DNA of 64,000 nucleotides from Octopus vulgaris (GCA_951406725.2 OX597842.1:33294001-33358000), one strand, 5' to 3'. Numbered from the stretch's first letter, positions 26,794 to 42,671 are shown. The notes: generated by a model not told the origin, from the sequence alone. A program made the numbers and translations.

Positions 26794-27465
26794 TGGCAAT
26801 ACTAATTATTTTAATGATGATGATAATAATTACGAACGAACGATTGTGATGGTTATGATGGCGAAGATAATGACAGCCATAAAGACAATCTTTATTGCCC
26901 GCAAAACAACAACAACAACAACAATAATAATAATAATAATAATGATAATAATAGTGATATTACTGATAGTGGTGATTGTAGTAGTAATGGTGTTAATAAT
27001 AATAAAAATAATAATAATGATAATAATAATGATAATAATAATAATTATACTAATGATAATAATAATAATGAAAATAATAAGGATAATAAAAATAATGATA
27101 ATAATAATAATGATAATAATAATAATGATAATAATAATGATAATAATACGGATAATAATAATAATGATAATAATAATAAAGGTAATAATAATAATAATAA
27201 TAATGATAATAATAATAATGTTAATAATACTGATAATAATAATAATGATAATAATAATCATGATGATAATAATAATAATGATAATAATAATAATGATAAT
27301 AATAATGATAATAATAATAATAATAATGATAATAATAATAATGATAATAATAATAATAATAATGATAATAATAATAATAATAATGATAATAATAATAATA
27401 ATAATGATAATAATAATAATAATAGTAATAATAATAATAATAATAATATTAATAATAATGATAAT
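26730..27465. repeat. Long (TAA/TGA)n microsatellite
   Basis: Directly visible; a similar tract lies at 53498-53963. Confidence 0.95.
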
Positions 27466-27696
27466 GGTGTCGCTGTTAGCTCAATACGGAAAGTGTCAGC
27501 TACCACAACAACTTTTGCGACACACTATGAAACACCCTGGCATCCATACCATTCTCAACCACCTATAAAACACTCCCATACCATGGTTTCTACAACTCAC
27601 AGACCACATTACACATCAACGATTTATTAGCCCCCGTCCGAAGAGGAAAAATCTTAAACAAAAGCGATGTGGTTTTTTTTTTGTTTTTCCTTGTAG

Positions 27697-27740
<44 letters not shown>

Positions 27741-28418
27741 TTTTTTGTATTTGTACTTTTGTCTTGAGGAAATATATCGATAAAATAAAACTGTGTTGTT
27801 TTGGGATACGTTTTGTTCTTGTCTTGTTTTCGTTCGATTATTTTTTTAGCTATTTTTTTTATCTATTCATTTATGTTATTTTTTTTTTCTTCGAAAAAAA
27901 TTTGTCAAAGCTGAAACGAGCACACATTCGCCATTTTGGATAAAATGCGAAATATAAAAATAAAATAGAAAAAAAAACACAGCATTGCGTGACTCTGTAC
28001 ACTTTCTGGTTTCTCATCGATTGTGTATATATTTGTCTGTCTGTGCTTGTCCCTCGGTGTTGGCAAATGTGGATATACACACATGAATATATATATACTC
28101 ATATTTATGAATATACATACATACAAATGTGAGACAGACAGATATTTACATATATGTGCGTGTATGTGTACGTATGTATAAGAATTACGTATACATATTT
28201 ATGTATATATGTACACGTACATAACTGCACATTGTGTCTGTGTGGATGTATACATATATATATGCATTGTCTGTGTGCATATATATGCAACGTGTGCGAT
28301 AATATATATATATCCAGTGTTTGTGTGTGTATGCATACATGCAATGTGTGGGCATATATATATATGCAATATGTTAATGTATATAAGCATATATATAGAG
28401 AGATGAATTGTGTGTGTG

Positions 28419-28451
<33 letters not shown>

Positions 28452-28509
28452 TTATGTGCATATATATATATGTATTTGTGAGTGTGTGTATGTACTGCAG
28501 ATGTCTGTC

Positions 28510-28557
<48 letters not shown>

Positions 28558-29585
28558 CATATATACATATGGATACACGCAGACATGCATAAATATGCAC
28601 ATGCAATAGTGTATACAAATGTTCATATATATATATATATATACACACACACATATATATATACACATGCACACACACACACGCACACATCTGTCTGCGG
28701 GATTGCATGTATGTATGTATGGAAGGATGGCTGGCTGTAAATCTGTATGACTAAGGGTGTTGGTTTTTCGTCTGAAATTCTTGTTCAAATGAGATTTGAA
28801 AAATTTCAGTGTTTTTTCTTCTAAATTTAATTTCAATTTTTGAAAATACTGCAGCAAAAGAAAAAAAAAAGTGCACAGTTTTTTTTTTTGTATTTCTGCA
28901 ATAAAGTATTTAAAATTTTTTCCTTTGTTGCGTTTTATTTTTTCTTTTGTTCTGTTTTTTTTTCTATTTGTTGCGTTTTATTTTTTCGTGTTTTGTTTTT
29001 TTCTCTGTCTGTTATTTCATGGAATGTCTTAGAACGAACATGTGTGCAAATATATATATATATATATGTTTGTGTGGTTGTAAGCATACATGTATGATTA
29101 CAGACCTGAAAGCATGTTCACATATATACACACACACACAGACACATATATACACATATTCACATATATATATATATATGTACATCTGTATACATGTATG
29201 TTTACAGACCTAAAAATATACACATATACAAACGTATCCATATAAATAGTGATTCTTATATCCAAACCTGTATATAGATCTACATATATACATGTGTATA
29301 TGTGTGTGCATGTATATATATGTGTGTATGTGTGGATATGTGTGTACATATATATATGTGAATGTGTGTGTATAGATATATGTGAATGTGTGCGTGTGTA
29401 TATATGCCAATGTGTATGTGTGTATATATATGAGAATATGTGTCTATGTATATATATGCGAATATGTGTGTATAAACATATATATGTGAGTGTGTGTGTG
29501 AACGTATATATATATATATATATATATACACGTTCACACACACACTCATACACACACATATATATGTATATACACACACATTCGC

Positions 29586-29630
<45 letters not shown>

Positions 29631-29816
29631 TACGTGTGTGTGTGTTTGTGTGTATTTATATAGATGTGAATGTTTGTGAATTTATATATATGTCAATATG
29701 TATATATATACGTTTGAGTATGTGTATGTTTCTATATATATGTGTATGTGTATATATATATATATGTATATACATGCGTGTGTATATATATAGATATGTT
29801 TGTGTATGTATATTTT

Positions 29817-29865
<49 letters not shown>

Positions 29866-30592
29866 ATGTATGTATATATGTATGTACGTATGTCAATGTG
29901 TACAAACACAGAGATATATTTATGTGTGTTTGTGTCTGTACATTTACGTTCGCCTGTTTCTTTGATTATTTTCCCGGCATCTTTTCGTATACGATTTTTT
30001 TCTTTTTGTGTTCCTTTTAATCTGTTCCATTCATTCATTCATTAATTTCTTTCATTTTTATTCATTCTTCCTTCAGCCATTATTTCCTTCATTGATGTTT
30101 TATTTCATCCATTTATTTCCTTCCTTTTTTTTATTTTACAATTTCTTTTCTTAATTTCCCCTCCTTTTTTTAATCCGCGGTTAAATTTTTATGGTGATCC
30201 CGCTTCAAACCTCTCTACGACCGCTTTGACTATTAAATCCGCCATTGAAGGATCTTCATGTCTGAATAGCGAACGGAAAGGTCGGGCGGTTGATCGCACG
30301 ATCAGCGTAAATTTCGCTCCTGTCTCTCCCCGTCTTCCCCTCACCTCTATTTCGCTATCTCCCTCTCTATCTGTCTTTCTTTATCTCTCACTTTCTCTCT
30401 GCCCACCTCTGTCTCTGTATTTTTTCGTTTGTTTGTGCATCTCTCTCTCTCTCTCTCTCTCTCTGCATTCATGTGCCTCTGAACCGCATGACTCCGGGAT
30501 CAGTCCCACTGTTTGGCATTTTCGGCCCCTAAATCCGACTAAATCCCGGTGAGCAGACCTTCTGAGCGGAAGCTAAAAGAGCCTGAAATGTG

Positions 30593-30688
30593 TTGTTGAA
30601 AATGCACCTCAACTAATTTTGTATATATGTAAAGAAATGTATTTTGAAAAAATTACAAGTTATTGAAATTTAGGTGCATTTTCAACAA
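30593..30688. repeat. Perfect 17-bp inverted repeat with 62-bp spacer (tiny MITE-like remnant)
   Basis: TTGTTGAAAATGCACCT (30593-30609) and AGGTGCATTTTCAACAA (30672-30688). Confidence 0.75.
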
Positions 30689-30804
30689 AAGATTTCCCTA
30701 TATTTTTCCCACACGCCAAATATATAAACGGTTATAAACACATACATACAAAACAAATATATACGCATCGAATTTCGCTCTCTCTCTCTCTCTCTCTATC
30801 TCTC

Positions 30805-30848
<44 letters not shown>

Positions 30849-31180
30849 CGTCTACTGTTTTTTATTTTTTATAAATTCCAACGATATATATATATATGTA
30901 GGTCCCGGGTTGAGTCGGGGTTATCCACAGTAAATAAGGTACTCAATACATAGCAGAGTAAATATCGTTGGTATTATGCTAAATTGTCGCATGTCCAAAT
31001 TCGTTTTTTGTTGTCCTTTTTTCAGTATTTATTTTTGATTTGAATAGCCGATTCTTTTGGTCAAACAATCGTATCTCCAACTGCTTCAGATGCCAAGATG
31101 TCAGAGCTATGGAATGGTGAAATTATTTTCCCGTTTTCTGAACAAGCAACGTTTTGGACTTACGACACTTTTGCATAATA

Positions 31181-31212
<32 letters not shown>

Positions 31213-31214
<2 letters not shown>

Positions 31215-31400
31215 TTTTACACCTTTGCTTCTTTCAGTCATTTGACTGCAGCCATGCTGGAGCACCAACTTGAAGGGTGTGAATCAAACTAATCGACCTC
31301 AGGACTTATTTTTTAAACCTAGTACTTATTGTAACGGTCTCTTTTACCGAACCGCCAAGTTAAGGGGACGTAAACACATGAACACCGGTTGCCCAGCATT
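31213..31400 (-). mobile_element. SINE family B, 3-prime half
   Basis: TTTCAGTCATTTGACTGCAGCCATGCTGGAGCACC..CCTAGTACTTATT..GGTCTCTTTTACCGAACCGC. Confidence 0.8.
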
Positions 31401-31633
31401 GATCTAAGGAAATATAGTCACAAAGACACTTGCAGGTTGATTACTGGAGCAGGCTGTAATCAACTGGGGCCATTGGATCAACTGGGACCCTTTTCTGCTT
31501 AGCTAAACTTAGTGCCTGTTGTTTCATGTTGCCCCTGTCCAAATATGAGTCGTACCTGTAATACAACCGGGTGCCAGCGTTGTCTCATTGTGTGTCACAC
31601 TGAATCTCCTTGAGAACCTAGTTAAGTGTACTC

Positions 31634-32120
31634 CTGTCTGCGGAGCTCTCAACCACTTGGAAGCTAATTTCTCCAGAATGCTTTTCAGCTCATCGGATCA
31701 GCTGAGACACTTGTCGTCGCAACCGACGGAGAGCCACTCAACATACTGGTGCATACATAAAACGCAGACTCGCACGAACACAGGACATACTGTTTAAACA
31801 CCATACACACACATCTACGCATGCGCGTACACAAGAGCGCCCTCTGCGCTTTTGTTCTAAGCTGTCAAAGTCTTAACTGTCTGTGGAGCTCTCAACCACT
31901 TGGAAGCTAATTTCTCCAGAATGCTTTTCAGCTCATCGGATCAGCTGAGACACTCGTCGTCGCAACCGACGGAGAACCACTCAACATACTGGTGCATACA
32001 TAAAACGCAGACTCGCACGAACACAGGACATACTGTTTAAACATCATACACACATATCTACGCATGCGCATACACAAGAGCGCCCTCCGCGCTATTGTTC
32101 TGAGCTGTCAAAGTCTTGAC
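31634..32120. repeat. Recent 243-bp tandem duplication
   Basis: CTGTCTG(C/T)GGAGCTCTCAACCACTTGG starts at 31634 and 31877; copies are near-identical. Confidence 0.92.
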
Positions 32121-33164
32121 TATTCAATTTCCTTCACAAAAACTTGTCTGAATTCCTTCACAAATAGATTCATTCAAGACTCATTCCTCGCTTCAATTTT
32201 CCGTTCCCACAATGCCCCGCGCTACGATATCCGCTTCTTTCAGCTGCCATTGTTGGGTTCTCGTATTTGTTGTTGTTGCTGTTGTTGTTGCTGTTGTTGT
32301 AATGGATTGTTGGTGTCGTTTCTGTTGATGGTGGCGTTGGCGGCGGTGTTGTTGTTGTTGTTCTTCTTCTTGGTGGTGGTTGTGTTGGTGTTGGTGAGGC
32401 TGGTGGTTTTGGTGGTGGTGGTTGTGGTGGTGGTTGTGGTGGTGGTTGTGTTGGTGTTGGTGGCGCTGGTGGTTTTGGTGGTGGTGGTTGTGGTGGTGGT
32501 TGTGGTGGTGGTGGTGGTGTTGGTGTTGGTAGCGCTGGTATTGTCGGTGGTGGGGTTGATAATGGCGATGATGTTGGTGGTGTTAGTGGTGGTTGTGTTG
32601 GTGTTGGTGGCGCTGGTATTGTCGGTGGTGGTAGTGGTGGAGTTGATAACGGCGGTGGTGTTGGTGGTTGTAGTTGTGGTGGCGTTAGTGATTGTAGTCG
32701 TGGTGGAGGTGGTGACTGTGTGTGTGTGTGTGTGTGTGGTAGTAGTGGTGGTAGTTGCGATGGTGGTGGTGATGGTGGTGTTACTGATGACTCAGGTATA
32801 GGTGCTGTTGTTGTTGGTGGTGGTGGCGTTGTTATTATGATTGTTGATGTTGTTATTGTCGTAGATGGTGGTGGTGGCATTGGGCTCAGTAACGATGAGG
32901 TTGATGGAGATGGTGGCTGTGTAGGTAGTGTTGATGGTTGTGGCAGTAGTGATAGAGGTGATGTGGATGGTGGTAGTGGTAGTGGTGGTGGTGATGGTTG
33001 TGGCAGTGGTGATGCAGATGATGGTGGTGGTGGTAGTGGTGATAGTCGTGGTGGTGATAGTCCTAGTGTGACAGACGTGGTGGTGGTGGTGGTGGTGGTG
33101 GTGGTCACGGTGATGACAGCGGTCTAAGGGGGTGATAATAAAGTCAGTGTTGTGTATGGATACC

Positions 33165-33472
33165 TATCCCCAGACTATTTTTAAAGCTTAATACTTATTC
33201 TATTATTCTTTTATTCCCGAACCGCTAAGTTGCTGGGTCGTAAGCAGACCTACACCGGCTTTCAAGTGTTGGTACAAGCACACATGAAAACGCACGCTCA
33301 TATATATATATATATATATATATTAGAAGGATTCTTTAAGTTTCCGTCTGCCAGTTTCACTCACACGTGTTTGGTCGGCCCAAGGCTATAGTAGAAGACA
33401 CTCGCCCAAAATGCCACGCACTGGGACTGAACCCGGAACCATGTGGTTGGGAAGCAGGCTCCTTACCACACA
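33165..33472 (-). mobile_element. SINE family B
   Basis: GGGACTGAACCCGGAACCATGTGGTTGGGAAGC..CTTACCACAC head; GGCTATAGTAGAAGACAC core. Confidence 0.85.
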
Positions 33473-33495
33473 CACATAAATAATATAATATTATA

Positions 33496-33910
33496 TTTAT
33501 TTATTTATTGTCCACAGTGGGTTAAACATAGAAGGGACAAACAAGGACAGACAAGGGGATTAAGTTGATTACATCGACCCCAGTGCGTAAATGGTACTTA
33601 ATTTATCGACCCCGAAAGGATGGAAGGCAAAATCGACCTCAGCGTAATTTGAACTCAGAACGTAAAGACAGACGACATACCCATTTCTTAACTACCCACA
33701 AGGGGCTTAACACAGAGGGGACGAACAAGGACAGACAAACGGATTAAGTCGATTATATCGACCCCAGTGTGTAACTGGTGCTTATTTAATCAACCCCGAA
33801 AGGATGAAAGGCAAAGTCGACCTCGGCGGAATTTGAACTCAGAACGTAACAGCAGACGAAATACTGCTACGCATTTCGTCCGGCGTGCTAAGGTTTCTGC
33901 TAGCTCGCCG
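33496..33910 (-). mobile_element. SINE family A dimer
   Basis: Two cores, diverged junction GACATACCCATTTC at 33674-33687, complete head ending CTAGCTCGCCG. Confidence 0.88.
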
Positions 33911-35242
33911 GCTTAATAACTTATATTATATTTGCGTATACGTGTATGTGTTTGCGTGTATATGTTAGTGAACGAGTGCCTTAGTGACGGAATGTGAATG
34001 TGTGGCTGTGTTGCTTTGTGTAGGTGCGTATGTATGTGTGTGAGTATATATGTGTGTGAAACGTGTGTATATTGAAGTTTTCAATTTCTGTAAAAATATG
34101 TTCACATACAGGAAGAAAAAGCTCTCACACACACAAGTATACAAATTTCATGGATACATACACATACAGAATGGTGCAGGAAGAAGCTAACAAATAACAA
34201 ATAGAAAATTTCCCCCACACACATACACGCATACAGAGACAGAATGACACACATATACAGATATATACACACGCACACACAGAGAGACAGTCGCAAAAAA
34301 ACACAGATATATATATATATATATAAAAAAACACACATGCACACACGCTGAAACGCAAACAAGAGCTTGCAACAATTTCATCTTTCGCTAAAACACACAC
34401 ACATTACACACACACACACATCACACAGACATATGCATATAAAAGCAAACACAAATGCACATACGTTGTACCACAAACAAACACACATGCACAGATACAT
34501 TGTATCACAAACAAACAATCGTAACTTCATCATACACAGAAGCATAGATACATAACACCCACACTGTCTATTACCCCTTCTCGGGCACACATATACACAA
34601 ATAAACACACACACACATACACACACACATACACACACACGTAGAATCACAAGAAAAAAATCTCATAACAATTTCTTTATACACACATACACACAAAGCG
34701 AAAAAGTATCATTCTCTCTCTCCCTCACACACACACACACGCATGCAGAAACACGCATATAATCACATAGACACACAGACACCCAGACACTCGTTCCTCA
34801 CCCCTCACCTCATCTCACCAGCCCACCCCCGCTCCTCCTCCTCACCCTTCTCCTCATCCAATTTCCTCTCCTATTGATTCGAATACTTTGACCGTATTTC
34901 CTCAAAGATGGAAGACACAAAAAAACGGTAGCTTCCGGTAACAGTTAAGCAACACTTCCGGCAAGATGGAGGATAAAAAAAGCAAAACACGCACACACAA
35001 CAAGAGAACGCGAGAGCAAGAAAAATAATAACAGAAATATGATACAAAATAAATACAAAAAAAAATTCATTTTATTGTTTTGTTGTTTATATTGTTGTTG
35101 TTGACGGTTCTTGTTTTTCAAATTTGTAATGTTTTTTTTCCTGCGTGTTTTTTTTTCCTATGTCATTCGTTTTCAAATTTTAGGGTTGATATCACGTATT
35201 TATACATTCACACAAATACTTCAACACTCGAGCATGTACAAG

Positions 35243-35288
<46 letters not shown>

Positions 35289-35736
35289 GTGTGTGTGTGT
35301 ACATTTGTGTATATAAGTGACATGTACAAATCATAATATATTTATATGTATCTGTGTATATCACGGATGTTACACACACACACATGTATGTATGTATGTA
35401 TGTATATAACGCATGTCACATATATATATATACACACACTCACAGCCAAACACACAAACACAGACACACACATATCGCTCATATCAAAGATTATATATAC
35501 ACACAAACGCGGAGACACATAGATACATGTGTATATATGTATACATACAAACTGATATATATACAAATATATAAATATATACAACCCGTATAAAACATAC
35601 ATATACATACACGTACATACACACATTCGTACATATACAAAACAATTATTACGGATAAACTCATATACATATATATATATATATATAAGCAAATGAGCGA
35701 TACATATATATATGTATATATACATCTATGATTTTG

Positions 35737-35778
<42 letters not shown>

Positions 35779-36007
35779 TACAATCACAAGAATAGATTCT
35801 AATGTGTATATGTTGGTATGAATGTATGTATACATTCAAACGCACGCAACCGGATTGAGTTTCACAACGCGGGTGTAGAATTAAGAGGGGGTGATGAGGG
35901 TGTGTTTGGGGGTGCGTTTTGAGGAGAAAGTAATTAGGTATTAAATTCCGAGCTGCTATATAAATATTTACACACACACTCATACACACACAAACATGTG
36001 CTCCTTG

Positions 36008-36056
<49 letters not shown>

Positions 36057-36229
36057 GAGTGTGGGCGTATATGTCTGTAACCTTTTATGCATACATGTAT
36101 AAGCATGTAGGTTTGTGAATAGGTATGTATATATCAGTGTATAGACTTCTATACACAGATATATGTATGTTAGTGTGTATATATAAACATACGTACATAC
36201 AGAGAGAGAGAGACACGTATACATATGTG

Positions 36230-36299
<70 letters not shown>

Positions 36300-36469
36300 G
36301 AGAGAGAGAGAGACTAAAATACACATGTATTTGTGTGTGTGTATATATATTTATATACACATACATATTTATATATATTCATTCGTATATACAGACATAT
36401 GTATATCTAAGTTCTACATAAATAGGTACATACATATATATATATATATATATCCACATATGTACACAT

Positions 36470-36551
<82 letters not shown>

Positions 36552-36935
36552 CTGAAGACAGTTTTCTTGAAGAATGCTGTAGCATATGTCGCGCAGGTAG
36601 ACTGATCGTTGAGAACAGGTGTTGCGTCTTCGGGGTGGAAACCCGGGTGGAGAGGGGGTTTGTTGGAATAAAATACATGTTAGGTTTGTGAAGCTGGGTA
36701 TGGTGCAAGCAGGCAATGTGTAGCGGGGTACGCAATACTATAATGATGGTGGTGATGGTGATGGTGGCAATGGTGGTGGTGAGCGTCGTTGTGGTGGTAG
36801 TGTTGGCATGGCTGCTGATGATGGTGATTACGAGGATGATGATGGTGATGGTGATGATGGCAATGAAGATGACGTTAAAGATGCTGATGGCAAAGAATGA
36901 TGATGATGATGATGATGATTACGATGATAAAACTT

Positions 36936-36988
<53 letters not shown>

Positions 36989-37109
36989 ACTACTAGAGCC
37001 ATCGGTACCACCAGTATCATCGCTTTTACTACTACTACTGCTACTACTACCACTACTATCACTATTACTGCCACCACTACTACTGTTACTAATACCACAA
37101 CCCCTACCA

Positions 37110-37141
<32 letters not shown>

Positions 37142-37282
37142 ACTGCTACTACTACTACTGCTGCTGCTACTACTACTACTACTACTACTACTACTAGAGC
37201 CATCGGTACCACCAGTATCATCGCTATTACTACTACTGCTACTACTACTACTACTACCACTACTATCACTATTACTGCCACC

Positions 37283-37314
<32 letters not shown>

Positions 37315-37915
37315 AACTACTACTTCTACTACACCACTGTTATTTCGTCTTTGCCCCACCGCCACCGCCACCGCCGCCAATACGAACAACAAACAACAAC
37401 AATACGCGCATATAAACTTACACACATATACACACACAAACACATATATACATCAGTTACACACACACATATATATACACACACTCCTACGTCGGTTATT
37501 TACATAGAGAGGTATATATATATATATATATATGCAGGCAGGCGCATCTAGACATGTGCACCTGTACACATGCACATGTCAAGCTATCACGGTTTTGCAT
37601 GCAGTTATGGATGGCGTGCAGGTTCGAATTTACTGGCGGATAGGTAGCAGATAGTGCGGGCGGGTTTAGTATGTGGAGGATAGGGGCGTGGGATAGAGAG
37701 AGTGAGGGAGATAAGACAGAGGGAGAGAGAGAGAGAGATAAGGTTTGATAGATGACCAGTGAGAGAGAGAGAGAGAGAAGGATAAAGAAATAGAGGGATA
37801 GATAGATGGATGGATGGAGTGAGAGCGATAAAGACTGATTGATGGGTAGACAGATAGAGAGATAGATAAGTAGATTGACTGATGGACGTGAATGCAGATA
37901 TGTAGATAGGTAGAG

Positions 37916-37954
<39 letters not shown>

Positions 37955-37981
37955 TAGAGAGAGCGAGAGAGAGAGAGATAG

Positions 37982-38033
<52 letters not shown>

Positions 38034-38116
38034 AAATATAGATAGACATAGGTAGATAGATAGACAGACAGACAGACGTTTAGATAGATGGATGGATAGA
38101 TAGACAGACACACACG

Positions 38117-38283
<167 letters not shown>

Positions 38284-38315
38284 GCAGATAGATAGAGAGA
38301 GAGAGAGAGAGAGAC

Positions 38316-38407
<92 letters not shown>

Positions 38408-38494
38408 AGTGAAAGATAGATAGACATAGGTAGATAGATAGACAGACAGACAGACGTTTAGATAGATGGATGGATAGATAGACAGACACACACG

Positions 38495-38542
<48 letters not shown>

Positions 38543-38593
38543 TATGTCTCTTTCTCTCCTTACCCCCCTCTCTCAATATACATATATGTGCGG

Positions 38594-38634
<41 letters not shown>

Positions 38635-40124
38635 CACGCACTCTCACGTGCCTCCGTAAGTATCACATGCAAACCTGAAGATGCAGGTTAACAAACACCC
38701 CCCACCCAGCTCTCCTCTCACCTTACCTTCCCTGTCAATATCCTTCACCCCCACCCCACCCCCAGGCCATAACCCCCCCCCCGCACCGCATCTTTTTAAT
38801 CTCCAGACTCAAATCTTAAATACTTCCTTCCACGCGCCTCAAATCGCCAGTACCACCACCACCACCACCACCACCATCGTCACCACCACCACCACCACTG
38901 CTACCAACACCATCGCTACCATCATCATCATCATCATCATCACCGCCACCATCACCATCATCATCAACATCACCATCGTCATCAACATCATCATCATCAT
39001 CATCACCGCCACCATCACCATCATCATCATCATCACCACCACCACCACAGCCACCATCACCATCGTTACCATCATCATCATCATCACGGCCATCACCAAC
39101 ATTACCAACGTCACCACAACCATCATCACCGCTATTACAACCACCAGCTCCGACAATCTCACAATGGCCACCACCACCACCACTTCCTTTAAGGCTACCA
39201 CCATCGCCTCTAAAACCACCACCACCACCACCACCACCTCCTCTGTCACCACCGCCACTATCATCTCAAACGCCACCACCGCCTCTATCGCCACCACTAT
39301 CGACCCTAGGGGCACCACCGGCAACATAGCCACCGACGCCACCAATAAAACGACCACCACATCGAAAACAACCACCACCACTACCACCCCCACCACCACC
39401 ACAGCCACATCAATCAATAACCACTAACGCCATCTACCAGCAGCACGCAGTCACAGATTACTGACCACTTTAGGGTCAAGTAAGTGCCGCACACGTTGAG
39501 CGCATATGGCGCCGTGCGGAGCTTTACGTTTCCCCTCAAAAACACAAACATGGAGGTGGCGGGGTGAAATGTAGAAGCAGGGGCGGGGGGGGCTGAAGCA
39601 AAGGGTATGGACGGTGGGCTCGACTGACCCCTGGTGGCGGATTTGCCGCTCGACATCTGACACAAGGCTTCTTCTCGGGATCCACGTTTTATGTTTGACC
39701 ACGACTTAGCCTGGCTTGTTTCGTCCATTAGAATTAATGGCGTGGCGTCGTCCACTATGGCGGTTTCATGACGGCGGGGGGTTTGATGCGTACTGAGGGG
39801 AGCGTGTCTGTGGGTCAAGTCTGAGTAGGCTATGGGTTGGCCGGGCCGCACTTTAATGTTCTCTCTTCATTATATATATATGTGTGTGTGTGTGTGGTAT
39901 TATATATATATATCTATATATGTATGTATGTATATATATATATATATATATTATATATATTATATATATATATATGTATATATATGTATATGTATATATA
40001 TGTATATATATGTATGTATATATATGTGTATATATATATGTATATATATATAGTGGGGTAGCAGTGCACTGTGGGTAACGTATGAGGGCGGAAGTAGCGA
40101 TTTGATGATGATGATAAGAGCATT

Positions 40125-40340
40125 GATGTTGTTTAGCCCCAGGTCAGTCCTGATCTAGGCAGACCTATGATCGAAGATATTCCAACCGTGACCATCTCGT
40201 CTTTTATTCAGGCATAGTGTATCTAGGACTACATTATCTAATGTATAGTACAGTAGTTAGTATTAGTGGATATAGTTATTGTTGTTTAGACCAAGGTCGG
40301 TCCTGATTCAGCCAGAGCTATGATCAAAGATGTTCAGCTG
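40125..40340 (+). repeat. Family C repeat, ~1.5 units, inverted relative to 3862-4503
   Basis: TGTTGTTTAGCCCCAGGTCAGTCCTGAT..GTATCTAGGACTACATTATCTAATGTATAGT is the reverse complement of the array unit. Confidence 0.88.
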
Positions 40341-40736
40341 CAAATCTTTAGTAGAATTGGTAGCCAATTCCAGATTGTGGTGGTGGTTGGTCATGGTTTT
40401 AGTGTTAGTAGTGGCGACGATCTCCGTGAGAACAACCATGACCACCACCACCACCGCCATCTCCACTACGGCCATCATTCGTGATGGCTACTAAGTCTTT
40501 GACTAACCGCAGATACCAACAGAACTTAGTCAACCAACACAAGACATACACCAGCAACCAATTGGTCACGAACGGACCACTTCTTGACAACATCCTGTTC
40601 CACAATGACAACTACTACAGCCGCAGCTTCGCTAACGCCAAACCACACGCACAACCACAATCTCGGGAAAAACTATAATTTCGACCACAACCGTGGCTTT
40701 AATCACCATAATTGTACTACAATACGAAGAATAATT

Positions 40737-41198
40737 AGAAATAGCAGACAAATCTCTCTCAAATCACTCCCTACTCTCATATCTATGTATATATGTATGT
40801 ATGAGCCAATGAGGGAGACCTCTACATGGTAGCTAGACCTGGTAGAAATAGCAGCCAAATATCCCTCAAATCACACCCTACTCTCTTATCTATGTATATA
40901 TGTATGTATGAGCCAATGAGGGAGACCTCTACATGGTAGCTAGACCTGGTAGAAATAGCAGCCAAATCGCCCTTAAATCACACCCTACTCTCTTATCTAT
41001 GTATATATGTATGTATGAGCCAATGAGGGAGACCTCTACATGGTAGCTAGACCTGGTAGAAATAGCAGCCAAATCTCCCTCAAATTACACTCTACTCTCT
41101 TATCTATGTATATCTGTATGTGTGAGCCAACGAGGGAGACCTCTACATGGTAGCTAGACCTGGTAGAAATAGCAGCCAAATCGCCCTCAAATCACACC
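40737..41198. repeat. Tandem array, 107-bp unit, ~4.3 copies
   Basis: GAGCCAA at 40803, 40910, 41017 and 41124; unit includes AGAAATAGCAGCCAAAT..CCCTCAAATCACACCC. Confidence 0.93.
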
Positions 41199-42267
41199 AC
41201 CACCACAACCACTACTAACAACAACCACAACAGCAACAACAAATGCATAAAGTACACGAAAACTATCAAAGCTGAAGGAGTAAGACTCAAATCTCACCGG
41301 GCACTCGCCACTCCGACTCCGTTACATCCAATACGTGTCACTCACCCCAACACTGACACCAACATCTCTTCACCCAACTCCAACGAAACCAGCCCCTCCC
41401 CTCCCCCCACACACACATCTGACCATTTCCACACATACCACGCTAATACAAAAGCTGGACATGCAAGCTTAAAAATCCGAAAGCCTGGCGATCACAGCAT
41501 TTTAAAACGAGGCCAGATCATGCTCCGAATTGGAAAAAAAAAATCGAAGCTAAGCCAAGTCTATCCCAAAGCGAGTCGAACCGAAGAAAGCCGAGCCGTA
41601 CCGACCCGACCCGAGCTTAGCCGAAATGGAACGAAATGATAGCAGAAGACCATCAGTAACTTCTCTATGACTTTGCTTGGCCATGGTCAAGCCAGCTGAC
41701 CTAACACGCTGAAAGGCGAAATGGTATAAACTGTAAAAACCTTTTTGACATCATGCGAGGCGAGTTTGAAAGACGAAATCCGGTTTGACAGATCAAAATG
41801 CTGGCGTGGAGATGAGTTGAGTGGAAATTGTATGGCGGTGGCAGTGGTGGAGTACATGGGAGTAGGGTTGATGGAGGAAAGGATTGGAGGAGCTCGGATA
41901 TGAGATGGGTTCTTGTTCGTGGTGGTGGCGGTGGAAAGAATGAATATGGAGGAGAGATACATACGTATATATGTACACACATATACACACACATATATAT
42001 ATACATATATACACATACAGAGAAAGATAGAGGTGGATAGATGAAGAGAAAGATAGAGATAGATAGATGAAGAGACAGGAAGGTAGATAGATAAACAGAT
42101 AGATAGATAGATAGATAGATAGACAAAGATGTAGATAGCATCCTAAGTATCTATTTCACTCTAGTACTTACAATATCTATACCCATTTATCGAACAGCTA
42201 AGTGGCAGGACATAAATGGACAAAGCCTAAACAATACATAAACACATACACTTTATACATACATACA

Positions 42268-42303
<36 letters not shown>

Positions 42304-42629
42304 TACACACACACACATTCATATACACGAACATATGTGTGTATGCATGCATGTTATATACGTTTGTGTGTATGCTTGTTAATGCCCTCTTCGACTTTGT
42401 ATGCGTTTTCCCTCAGGTGTTTCTGAAAGAGACCTTTTGTGCGTGTATGTACGTGTGTGTATGTCCATGTTTTTATGCACGTGAATCTACGTATATCTGT
42501 GTATGCATGTATATTATTACATAAATAAATAAATACATATATAAATGTATATATATATATATATATACGCATATATATATTTATATATACAGTATTACAG
42601 ATATCAGCACACACATATATATATCAATC

Positions 42630-42671
<42 letters not shown>

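Noticed and set aside
32170-33127. Proline-rich extensin-like and Gly/Asp-rich ORFs
   Set aside because: Products of a (GGT/GTT)n compound microsatellite, open in several frames.
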